Notes: generated by a model from the sequence alone, not told the origin. A DNA stretch of 64,000 nt from Candidatus Moraniibacteriota bacterium (GCA_013334765.1 JAAXWW010000001.1:39816-103815); one strand, 5' to 3'. Positions 19,599 to 27,775 are shown, numbered from the stretch's first letter. Numbers and translations are program-made.

Positions 19599-19761
19599 CA
19601 AAAATTTCTCATTTTGCAACCTAACGAAGCCTAACTTTTTTAATATAAAAATTCTATTTTAATTGTATTATGTCATACAACGTCAAGATATTATTGGAAT
19701 GTTGATTTTTTAGTATAGCTGTGCTTTATTAGATTAAGGTCTTGGTAAACACATTATAATA

Positions 19762-20550
19762 ATGTATAATAATAATATGGCAAAAGCGAAAAAAGAAACA
19801 AGAAAGAAATCTTTTAAATACGGAAAAAACTACCTTTCTAAGGTAATTTTGAGGTTGGATTTTGATAAAATAGAATTGGGATCACTCGAAAATTTTCATA
19901 ATGATGAGTTAAAGAAATTCTTTCCATTATTTGCTGAGAAAAAAGATCTTGAAATTGGTCTTTCGGGAGATTTAGTTTCTAATAAAATAAGTCAGACCAG
20001 AAATGAATCCGTATCCTATGTCTTTGAAAACTCGGAGAAAACGAAACGCTTTAGAGTTGGAGAAAGATATGTTTTTATTGAATATGACAAGTATAGTAAT
20101 TCCGAAGAATTATACAAAGATATAAAAGTAGTTATTGATAGATTTATTTTAACTTTTGGTGTAAAAACAATAAACAGGTTGGGATTAAGGTATATAAATG
20201 AGATAAAATTGAAAGAACCGAATGCTTTAGATTGGAAAAATTACATAAATAAAGATCTGCTAGGTGGTTTAAATTTTTCCAAAAATGAAATTCTTTCCCG
20301 TTCTTTAAGTCAGCTCGTTTTTAAAAAAGACAAGGGTGATATGTCTTTTACCTATGGAGTATTTAATAAAGAATTTCCAAGCGAGATAAACATTAAAGAG
20401 TTCATACTTGATTTTGATTGCCATTCAATCTTGCCTTTTGAGCTTTTAGAAGAAAACATTCTAAATAGAATAGAACTATATCATTCTCATATAGAGGACT
20501 TATTTGAAAAGTGTATAACGCAGAAATTTCGTGATTTTTTAAATAAATAA
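19762..20550 (+). CDS. hypothetical protein (island cargo)
   Basis: 262-aa ORF with a basic N-terminus and an internal GLRYIN segment. I half-recall this signature from an uncharacterised protein family but cannot confirm it. Confidence 0.5.
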   Translation: MYNNNMAKAKKETRKKSFKYGKNYLSKVILRLDFDKIELGSLENFHNDELKKFFPLFAEKKDLEIGLSGDLVSNKISQTRNESVSYVFENSEKTKRFRVGERYVFIEYDKYSNSEELYKDIKVVIDRFILTFGVKTINRLGLRYINEIKLKEPNALDWKNYINKDLLGGLNFSKNEILSRSLSQLVFKKDKGDMSFTYGVFNKEFPSEINIKEFILDFDCHSILPFELLEENILNRIELYHSHIEDLFEKCITQKFRDFLNK

Positions 20551-20563
20551 CTAGCTAGCTATT

Positions 20564-20761
20564 ATGTTAGGAAAATCATCTTCTGAAAATTACAGAGATA
20601 TCTTTGAAGATAAGGCTGATGAATACTCCAAAAAAGATAATTCTGAAACAAGGGATTTTTCTGGAACCATAAATTTATTTACATCTGGAACAAACAAAGA
20701 GAGGTATGTAATTAGAAAGGCTACTGTTGAAAAACATCTTTATGTTCGAAAGTCAAATTAA
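20564..20761 (+). CDS. small ORF (65 aa), overlaps the start of the next ORF in another frame; possibly the N-terminal part of a frameshifted gene
   Basis: ORF track only. It overlaps 20727..21374 by 35 nt (20727-20761), or 20 nt if the downstream gene starts at 20742. Confidence 0.3.
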   Translation: MLGKSSSENYRDIFEDKADEYSKKDNSETRDFSGTINLFTSGTNKERYVIRKATVEKHLYVRKSN

Positions 20762-21374
20762 GAAAAAGTATCAGATTTGTGGCATAAGAACTTGCCAGGG
20801 TGACATTCTTAGGGATGTCACTATTGCATTTGGGCTAGAATTGAGTGATAGCAGTGAGGGCGAAAGTGAAATTGAATTAGAACATAGGTATTATAACTAT
20901 GCAGTAGTATTGAGTCAGGACTGTGATTTAAGTAGTGATTATAATGAGAGAAATAAAAATGCAGAAATCAAGGAAAAAATAAAAAATAACGAACTGGAAG
21001 AAGAAAAAGCGATTATAAGCAATGATAAGTATTTGCCTGCTATTTTAATATGCCCAGCTTATTTATTATCTGATTTTGTAAACGGATCGCATATAACTTC
21101 TTGGAGTATGAATAGTGAGCTAAAAAACGAAAATAATCAAAAAAAGTTAAAAAGTAATAATGAATTTAAACGATATCATTACATAAGAGGCGATAGTGAT
21201 CTTGGGATACCCGAGTTAGTATTGGATTTCAAGCACTTTATGTCGGTGCCAAGGGATACTTTATATAAAATACATAATCAAGTTTATATAGCCACAATAA
21301 GCGAATTGTTCCGAGAGGAGTTGTCTCAGCGATTTTCAAACTATATTTCAAGAATAGGCTTACCAGAAATTTGA
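20727..21374 (+). CDS. hypothetical protein (island cargo)
   Basis: 215-aa ORF; alternative start at 20742 (MFESQ..). No recognised domain. Confidence 0.45.
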   Translation: MKNIFMFESQIKKKYQICGIRTCQGDILRDVTIAFGLELSDSSEGESEIELEHRYYNYAVVLSQDCDLSSDYNERNKNAEIKEKIKNNELEEEKAIISNDKYLPAILICPAYLLSDFVNGSHITSWSMNSELKNENNQKKLKSNNEFKRYHYIRGDSDLGIPELVLDFKHFMSVPRDTLYKIHNQVYIATISELFREELSQRFSNYISRIGLPEI

Positions 21375-21446
21375 GAGCTTGTTAGTTTCTGATTAAGTTA
21401 TTTGTGCCTATTCGCTGAATCTTCTTGTCTAAATCACAACAAATAA

Positions 21447-21500
21447 AGACTAAATTGTATTTTTCATTGATATTATATTTCGGGGTAGGAATTTGCCGCC
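21447..21500. repeat. ~55-bp direct repeat, copy 2
   Basis: See copy 1. It lies immediately upstream of the long palindrome. Confidence 0.7.
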
Positions 21501-21549
21501 CTCAGAAAACAAAAAACAGCCCTTAACGGGCTGTTTTTTGTTTTCTGAG
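21501..21549. terminator. 22-bp perfect inverted repeat / bidirectional terminator-like hairpin upstream of the R-M cassette
   Basis: CTCAGAAAACAAAAAACAGCCC-ttaac-GGGCTGTTTTTTGTTTTCTGAG. A degenerate direct copy lies at 23790..23830. Confidence 0.6.
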
Positions 21550-21748
21550 CGGCATCTATCTATGGCTGGGATACGGGGTCAAAATATGAGAAATAAAAAT
21601 GCGTTGGGTAATTCTGGCGGCAAAAGTCTCAATGATTGTAGGTTAGTTGAAAGATGCCTTTAATTGTGAATTTTTTGATTTTGATGATAAGATAAACATA
21701 GGAAATCATTATAAAAAGCATAGCTTATCCCTTTAGAAGAAAGATCAT

Positions 21749-22585
21749 ATGGCTAAAAAAACTCAATCAAAAAGATTAACGAATCAGCATAAAAAATCTC
21801 AAGGCGTGGTTGGTATATTTGGAAATGAAGCAAGGTCGCATGATATAACAGTTGGTAAGATTTCACATCTTGTAACCGAACAGCTTGAAAAGGAATTTCC
21901 TCGATTATCTTTTAGATATAGAACGGGTATAAAAAAGAAAGAAATAAACGAAGCCTTAAAGAAAGTTGATTCAGAATTAGGGCAAACCATTTTTGTATTA
22001 AATTCAAGCATTAAGCCTGATGGAGGAATAATAGAAGTGAAAGACGATAATGGTATTTGGAGAGTAGTACTCGTAACGGAAGCTAAACATCAAGGAAAAG
22101 ACATTGAAAATATCCAAAAAGGAAATCTGGTTGGCAAGAATAACGATCAAGATTTGATGGCTGCTGGCAATGCAATAGAAAGATCGCATAAAAACATATC
22201 AGAAATTGCCAACTTTATGCTGCATGAATCCCATTTTCCTTACATCTTATTTCTGGAAGGATCAAATTTTATTACTGAAACCATTTCAATTAAAAGACCT
22301 GACGGAAGAGCAGTTACCCTTGATTATAACTCAGGCATGCTGAATAGATTAGACAGATTGACTTCTGCGAATTATGGAATGCCAATTAATACCAATTTAT
22401 GCAAAAATAAATTTGTTAAGCATAAAGATAAAACAATTATGCTTCAAGCAGCTTCGATATATACACAAGGCAATGGAGGAAAATGGGATAAAAAAGAAAT
22501 GTTCGACATTATGGTGGAAACTTCAAAAGTCTCTCTTCAGGTACTGGGAAGTGAAATATTTAAACAAATAACCAAGCGCAAATAA
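21749..22585 (+). CDS. ecoRIR: type II restriction endonuclease, EcoRI family (predicted GAATTC specificity)
   Basis: 278 aa, alignable from memory along its whole length with R.EcoRI: SQGVVGIFG, LSFRYR, EINEALKK, SSIKPDGGIIEVKDD, EAKHQGKD (the PD..D/ExK active site), DQDLMAAGNAIERSHKNISEIANFML, SHFPY.LFLEGSNF, NSG.LNRLDRLT.ANYGMPIN, IMLQAASIYTQG. Confidence 0.85.
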   Translation: MAKKTQSKRLTNQHKKSQGVVGIFGNEARSHDITVGKISHLVTEQLEKEFPRLSFRYRTGIKKKEINEALKKVDSELGQTIFVLNSSIKPDGGIIEVKDDNGIWRVVLVTEAKHQGKDIENIQKGNLVGKNNDQDLMAAGNAIERSHKNISEIANFMLHESHFPYILFLEGSNFITETISIKRPDGRAVTLDYNSGMLNRLDRLTSANYGMPINTNLCKNKFVKHKDKTIMLQAASIYTQGNGGKWDKKEMFDIMVETSKVSLQVLGSEIFKQITKRK

Positions 22586-22622
22586 TCAAAACCAAGAGAT
22601 TTATTAATTTTTTAAATATAAT

Positions 22623-23723
22623 TTGATAATGGCAAGGAACGCAACAAACAAATTATTGCAAAAAGCTAAAGAGTCAAAGAGTGACGAGTTTTACACTCAA
22701 CTTTCAGATATAGAAAGCGAATTGCAATATTATAAAGATCATTTTAAAGGCAAGGTGGTTTTTTGTAATTGTGATGATCCTGGAACTAGCAACTTTTTTA
22801 AGTATTTTGCCTCAAACTTCAAAGAATTAGGACTTAAAAAATTAATATCTGCTTGTTATAGAAGACAAGAAAGAAATTTATTCAATACTAAAGAATATGA
22901 AAGCGGTTTTTTTTATGAATATTCAGGTGCTAAAGTCGAAAAAACTAAGCCAAGTTTAAATGAGGTTGTTCATTTTAAAGGGGACGGGGATTTCCGTAGC
23001 GCTGAAAGCATTGAGCTGCTGAAACGATCCGATATAGTTGTCACTAATCCGCCATTTTCATTATTCAGGGAATACGTAGAACAATTAATTAGATACGATA
23101 AGAAATTTTTGGTAATCGGTAATATTAATGCTATTACCTATAAAGAAATTTTTAAATTAATCAAGGGAAACAAAGCGTGGTTGGGAATAAATCTAGGTAG
23201 GGGAATTTCAGGTTTTATTGTGCCGGAACATTATGAGCTTTACGGTACAGAAGCTCGTATTGATAATCTTGGGAATAGGGTAGTTTCACCGAATAATTGT
23301 TTATGGCTAACAAATCTAGACACCCCCAAAAGGCATGAGGACATGACTCTTGCAAAAAGCTATTTTGGAAACGAAATTGAGTATCCTCGTTACGATAACT
23401 ATGATGGAATCAATGTGAATAAAACAAAAGACATTCCTTCGGATTATTCAGGTGTTATGGGTGTGCCTATAACCTTTTTGCATAAATACAATCCAGAACA
23501 GTTTGAAATAATCAAATTCAGAAAAGGAAATGATGAAAAGGATTTATCAATAAATGGAAAATGTCCATATTTTAGGATTCTAATCAAAAATAAGCGGATA
23601 CAGGAAAGTGAAAAAAAGAATCGCCGAGGTGAAAGGGAAATTGAGAGGTATCTTAAAAATCCTATTGAAATTACTGTAAGAGGTAATGCTTATGATTTTG
23701 AAGGTCCCTTATTGAGTTTGTAG
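22623..23723 (+). CDS. ecoRIM: N6-adenine DNA methyltransferase, M.EcoRI-like
   Basis: The N-terminus MARNATNKLL.KAK.SKSDEFYTQ, CNCDDP, SNFFKYFA.NFK.LGLKKLIS, DIVVTNPPFSLFREY (the NPPF motif), GRG.SGFIVPEHYELYGTEARID and KCPYFRILIKNKR all match my recollection of M.EcoRI. The probable start is the ATG at 22629. The gene lies about 40 bp downstream of R, on the same strand as in the EcoRI system. Confidence 0.8.
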   Translation: MIMARNATNKLLQKAKESKSDEFYTQLSDIESELQYYKDHFKGKVVFCNCDDPGTSNFFKYFASNFKELGLKKLISACYRRQERNLFNTKEYESGFFYEYSGAKVEKTKPSLNEVVHFKGDGDFRSAESIELLKRSDIVVTNPPFSLFREYVEQLIRYDKKFLVIGNINAITYKEIFKLIKGNKAWLGINLGRGISGFIVPEHYELYGTEARIDNLGNRVVSPNNCLWLTNLDTPKRHEDMTLAKSYFGNEIEYPRYDNYDGINVNKTKDIPSDYSGVMGVPITFLHKYNPEQFEIIKFRKGNDEKDLSINGKCPYFRILIKNKRIQESEKKNRRGEREIERYLKNPIEITVRGNAYDFEGPLLSL

Positions 23724-23798
23724 TCTGTCGGACAGCTTTTGTTGAAGAGGTTGGGTTCTAGTTTACCCTAACCGCATTAACTAACCAGCTCACAAAAC

Positions 23799-23827
23799 AA
23801 AAAACAGTCCTTTGAGGGCTGTTTTTC
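23799..23827 (+). terminator. intrinsic terminator after the methyltransferase gene; degenerate copy of the 21501 palindrome
   Basis: AAAAACAGTCC-tttga-GGGCTGTTTTT with one G-U pair. The left flank CTCACAAAACAAAAAACAG matches CTCAGAAAACAAAAAACAG. Confidence 0.6.
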
Positions 23828-23903
23828 ATTCTTTATTGACAGCGGCCTTCTTGAGTGATAATACTGAATCAGTTCCTGAACCCTTAAATGCGAGGAGGCA
23901 TAT

Positions 23904-24092
23904 ATGCAAGTCGAATTGACTGTTTTCAAGGATTCAACCGGAAGCATTACCGGTTTTCGAATTAAGCTTCCCCGAGACGCGTGTCCTGAGGACAAGAGTG
24001 CTTTAGGCGCGTTGAGCCAAGTCATTGGCAATCAGCCGAATATTGCGGCTGAGAAAATCGGGGCAGGCTTTGTTGATTTTTGCACTTTATAA
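23904..24092 (+). CDS. small hypothetical protein (62 aa)
   Basis: Strong SD GAGGAGG 7 nt upstream of the ATG. A TTGACA-N17-TAATAC promoter-like element lies at 23836-23864. Confidence 0.4.
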   Translation: MQVELTVFKDSTGSITGFRIKLPRDACPEDKSALGALSQVIGNQPNIAAEKIGAGFVDFCTL

Positions 24093-24259
24093 CATAACTG
24101 CACGCCGCCAAGATTTTCAACGGGCGCCGAAAGATATCTTCCGGCGCCCAACTACTTTCAAATCCTTGATTTTTAGGATCGGATATGCTATAATGACGGT
24201 AATAGAGATGAGTAGGAGACGGGTTTTGCCCGCCTTTTTTCTTTATTCAAAGCCAAGAA

Positions 24260-24868
24260 ATGGAAAAAAACACAAAAAAACAGAAAATAAGGCTGTCCCT
24301 GCCGGATATCGATTCGCCAAGGTTGCGGGATTTTTTTCTCGGTTTCCTGATCGCTCTTTTCCTGCTTTATGACATCCTGTTTTTCATGCTCGGAAGATCG
24401 ATGCAGCGAGAGGATTACGGCTTGAGATCAGGAGCGAGTCCGGTTCTCTTTGAGAACAAGGAATACAAGAATCTAGTCAGCGGACATCCTATCGAAAGGA
24501 TGATCCCATATATTTCCAGGCAGAACGGGCAAGTGGCCTCTTTCATAATCGCGATCGCCAAGAAAGAAAGCGACTGGGGAAAATATGCTCCGCAAAAAAA
24601 CGGGCGCGACTGCTATAACTACTGGGGATACCGCGGGTCATATAATCAGACCGATTCAGGGTATAGCTGTTTCGATTCCCCGCGGCAGGCGGTGGCCGTT
24701 ATCGGAAGCCGGATCGAGGATCTTATCGCGCAGGATATCGACACGCCCAAGGAAATGATCGTCTGGAAATGCGGTTCGAACTGTCGCGGGCATAGCCGCT
24801 ACGATGTCAGGAAATGGATCAGCGATGTCGATCTGTATGTCGCCAAGGTCGATAACGGCAATTCATAA
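24260..24868 (+). CDS. hypothetical membrane-anchored protein, possibly lysozyme-like/lytic transglycosylase-like
   Basis: N-terminal TM helix. AIAKKESDWGKY.. is reminiscent of the catalytic Glu region of a lysozyme-like fold. This is a weak call. Confidence 0.4.
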   Translation: MEKNTKKQKIRLSLPDIDSPRLRDFFLGFLIALFLLYDILFFMLGRSMQREDYGLRSGASPVLFENKEYKNLVSGHPIERMIPYISRQNGQVASFIIAIAKKESDWGKYAPQKNGRDCYNYWGYRGSYNQTDSGYSCFDSPRQAVAVIGSRIEDLIAQDIDTPKEMIVWKCGSNCRGHSRYDVRKWISDVDLYVAKVDNGNS

Positions 24869-24884
24869 CCGTTTCAGGATAAAA

Positions 24885-24913
24885 AAACCTCTCCCGATAA
24901 AGGAGAGGTTTTT
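24885..24913. terminator. bidirectional intrinsic terminator
   Basis: AAACCTCTCC-cgataa-GGAGAGGTTT followed by TTT. It lies between convergent genes. Confidence 0.65.
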
Positions 24914-24927
24914 GCGCGGATATCCGC

Positions 24928-25281
24928 TTAGGGTATCCTTTTGAAAGTGATCTTATATACCGGTTCGTAGGGGTTTTCGTATTGGTCTTTGATTTCGATA
25001 CTTTTGCCTTCGGCAAGCGTCGCCATGGCGACGTCAGTCATCATCTGATTGATTTCGTCGATCGTGTTCTTGAGCTCTTCCAGTTTCTCATAGCGCGCTC
25101 CCATGCGGTTCTGGGCTATGGTTTCGATCCGCTTCTTCTTTTCACGGAGTTTCTTGAGCTCTTCGGCGGTTTCTTCGTATTCATTGGTGTTGGCAAGAGT
25201 GTCATTGTATTCCCTCTTGATTTCCTTCTGCTCCTTCTTGACGGCTTGGAGTTTGTCGAACAGTTCCTGGATGCTTTGCAT
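24928..25281 (-). CDS. coiled-coil hypothetical protein
   Basis: 117 aa, K/E-rich heptad-like sequence. Confidence 0.45.
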   Translation of the reverse strand: MQSIQELFDKLQAVKKEQKEIKREYNDTLANTNEYEETAEELKKLREKKKRIETIAQNRMGARYEKLEELKNTIDEINQMMTDVAMATLAEGKSIEIKDQYENPYEPVYKITFKRIP

Positions 25282-25369
25282 AGGTTTTTGTTATTTGGTG
25301 ATTATGAACAACAAGAGAAATTCTATCATATTTTCCCGGAAGGGAGAAATCCTTTGCCGGTATGCTATA

Positions 25370-26191
25370 ATGCAAGCATCTAAACATGCCAAGCATATGA
25401 CTTTAGTCAGCAAAAAAGCGGCTTATAGTGCAATTGTAGTCCTTTTTCTTGCCGGGGGAGCGGTTTTTTATGCGAACTCGAAAAAGCAGGGCAAGGTCGT
25501 CATTTCCAGCCCAGCCGATTTGGAAAACTCAGGGAATATTGAGGAAGCGAGCCATTCAAGCGAGCCGGCTTCTCAGAATGACTTTAGCAGCGCTTCAACA
25601 AGTGACAGTATCGAGGCAGAGGAAGGTGCTGGTGCCAGTTCGTCTTCCCAATCGTCCTCGTCATCGGCAAGCAGCGTGAAAAGCCAAAGCGAGGATGATT
25701 CTGATGACAGCAACACTCAAGCGCCTGATTTCAAAATAATAAACAAGCTGGTCAGCTTCGGTTTCCAAAAGAGCAGCGGAAGGGATATAGATACGCTCAT
25801 CGTGCATTCGTCATATGATGCTATCGGAAGCGATCCGTACAGCGTTTCAGGACTGATTGCAGAATACAAAAGCTATGGCGTCTCTCCCCACTATCTCATC
25901 GACCGGGAAGGGAATGTCTATCGCCTTGTCGAGGACCGGAATATCGCCTATCATGCGGGGGACAGCAAAATGCCGGACGGCAGGACGGGCGTGAACAATT
26001 TCTCGATCGGGGTGGAAATCATGACGACGAAGACTGACAAGCCGACTGGCGCGCAATATGACGCGCTGAACGGTCTTATTGATTATCTCAAGGGCAAATA
26101 CAAGATGAAATATATCCTCGGTCATGACGATATCGCTCCGGGAAGGAAGGATGACCCTTGGAATTTCGATTGGGGGAAAGTGGATAAATAA
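25370..26191 (+). CDS. N-acetylmuramoyl-L-alanine amidase (Amidase_2/PGRP-type), membrane anchored
   Basis: TM anchor, a Ser/acidic low-complexity linker and a C-terminal amidase domain (HSSYD.., HYLIDREGNVY.., AYHAG.., GVEI.., LGHDDIAPGRKDDP). The start (25370 or 25397) was chosen inside the long ORF to avoid overlap with the antisense gene. Confidence 0.7.
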   Translation: MQASKHAKHMTLVSKKAAYSAIVVLFLAGGAVFYANSKKQGKVVISSPADLENSGNIEEASHSSEPASQNDFSSASTSDSIEAEEGAGASSSSQSSSSSASSVKSQSEDDSDDSNTQAPDFKIINKLVSFGFQKSSGRDIDTLIVHSSYDAIGSDPYSVSGLIAEYKSYGVSPHYLIDREGNVYRLVEDRNIAYHAGDSKMPDGRTGVNNFSIGVEIMTTKTDKPTGAQYDALNGLIDYLKGKYKMKYILGHDDIAPGRKDDPWNFDWGKVDK

Positions 26192-26204
26192 CCTTGATAA
26201 TCAC

Positions 26205-27125
26205 ATGCCTAAGGAAGCTACTCATATATCTTTTGCTGATAGGGTTGAAAAAGGACTAGGTTCTGAGATCAGGAACGAGATTGCTGATAACTTGCAATTC
26301 TTTCGTCTCGGAAGCATAGCCCCAGACATGTTTTATTATTCCAAGATAGGAAAAATAATAGAGGTGTCCGATTATATGCACGGCAAGGATGGCAATCTTA
26401 CCAATGAAATCATCCTTGATTTCCTGGTGTCTTTGAAAAGAGATTTTAGTTCGGAAGGCTTTTCCTTTGTTTCCGGATTCATTACTCACTGCTGTTTGGA
26501 TATCGCTCTGCATCCGGTCGTATATTATTTTTCAGGAAATTATTACAATGAAGATCCGGCAGAGATGTTGAAGGCCAGATATCTGCACCGTCAGCTGGAG
26601 ACAGCCTTGGTTTCGGAAAAGGAAAGAAAGCTGATACTTTCAGATGCTATTGATTTATCCAGCGCAGTTGATTTTCTCAAGAGGAGCCGTTTTTTCGATA
26701 AGTTCGATATTCCCGACGCGGATATCCGCAATTCCCTCAAGAGGCAATTTTCAATGGACAAGCTTTTCAGGAATCCGGCGGCCTATCTGGTGATGCGATT
26801 GCTCAGCGGAGCAGGGATAATCAAGGGAGGCGATCTCTTGGGCTTGTCATTCTCTAATCTCTCAATGGACCAAAGGAAGTTGCCGGAAGAAATCGTCTAT
26901 AAGGATCTTGTTTCCGGGGATGCTATTAAAACCAGTTTGAAAGAACTGTTTTCCATTGCGGAATCGACGGCGTCGGACAGGATCAAGGCGGCATTCGATT
27001 TCGCCAAGGGAGCGATAGGGATGGAGGAATGTTCTGGCATAATCAAAGGCGAGAGTTTGGATATGGGTAGGGAGGGCGTGCCTATCGATGACATTAGGTT
27101 CGCATCTCCCATTGCTGACAAATAG
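26205..27125 (+). CDS. hypothetical protein, possibly zinc-dependent phospholipase C-like fold
   Basis: N-terminal HISFADR and HCCLDIALHP His/Asp motifs; about 306 aa. Start chosen at MPKEATH downstream of the amidase stop. Confidence 0.35.
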   Translation: MPKEATHISFADRVEKGLGSEIRNEIADNLQFFRLGSIAPDMFYYSKIGKIIEVSDYMHGKDGNLTNEIILDFLVSLKRDFSSEGFSFVSGFITHCCLDIALHPVVYYFSGNYYNEDPAEMLKARYLHRQLETALVSEKERKLILSDAIDLSSAVDFLKRSRFFDKFDIPDADIRNSLKRQFSMDKLFRNPAAYLVMRLLSGAGIIKGGDLLGLSFSNLSMDQRKLPEEIVYKDLVSGDAIKTSLKELFSIAESTASDRIKAAFDFAKGAIGMEECSGIIKGESLDMGREGVPIDDIRFASPIADK

Positions 27126-27152
27126 ACAGATTATCTTTATAATATTGGAATT

Positions 27153-27428
27153 ATGACAATAACTATTGAAATAAAGAACAAAGTCGCTAAAATCATTCTG
27201 AAAGACGGGGGCAAGGTTCTTGATGAACTTGTTTTTCCTGATGAATACCGGATATCCAAGGAACTTCTGCCTGGCATCGAGAGCCTTTTGCGAAAAAACT
27301 CCTTGGAAGCGGCGGATATTGAAAAAGTCGATGTGGAAACCGATTTGGGCGAAACTTTCACCTCCAGGAGAATCGCCGAGGCTACGGCGAATGCTTTCAA
27401 TTGGGATTTGAGGAAAGCTTCGGTTTGA
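27153..27428 (+). CDS. short TsaB/YeaZ-like N-terminal-domain protein (possibly a degenerate fragment)
   Basis: 91 aa. Its pattern MTITIEIK..VAKIILKDGGKVLDE...ELLPGIESLL..NSL..ADIEKVDV..DLGETFTSRRI parallels the TsaB N-terminus (ILAIDT..VALL.DG.VL.E....ERLLP.IDELL.E.GL.L.DLDAI.V..GPGSFTG.RIG), but the GPGSFTG motif and the C-terminal half are missing. Confidence 0.3.
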   Translation: MTITIEIKNKVAKIILKDGGKVLDELVFPDEYRISKELLPGIESLLRKNSLEAADIEKVDVETDLGETFTSRRIAEATANAFNWDLRKASV

Positions 27429-27456
27429 GGGCGTTTTTTGCCGAATGCCGGCTGAT

Positions 27457-27484
27457 TTGACGGCGATTCCAAGCGTGGTATAAT
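27457..27484 (+). promoter_or_regulatory. sigma70-type promoter upstream of rpoB (extended -10)
   Basis: TTGACG, a 16-nt spacer, then TGgTATAAT. Confidence 0.5.
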
Positions 27485-27775
27485 GGACATACAATTTAAT
27501 CTCTTCTTGGGAGCCTGTTTGAAAGCCTGTTTTGCTGGCATTTCAGCTAAATTATCTTTCAAACAGTCTCCATCTAATCAAACCAATCTGCCGGTCAAGG
27601 CAGAAGATTTGCATTATTTTTTGTTTTGTGTATAATACTTTATACATCCGAAAAAACCTGCCTTTTGAGGCGGGTCGTAAACTTCTGAGAGAAAATTCCA
27701 TATAAATTTAAATACTTTAATTAGAGAATCTCATTTAAATTGCTTATTTAGTCATCCGAAGAGGTAAGCAAGGTA

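Larger units (their letters stand above)
15757..23835. mobile_element. integrated genomic island at tRNA-Gly: serine integrase, EcoRI-like R-M, unknown genes; right border approximate
   Basis: The region abuts the tRNA-Gly 3' end. A serine recombinase gene runs antisense through the tRNA 3' half. By eye the region is AT-richer than both flanks. Gene content is atypical. GC and the coding style of the flanks resume near 23.85 kb. Confidence 0.6.
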
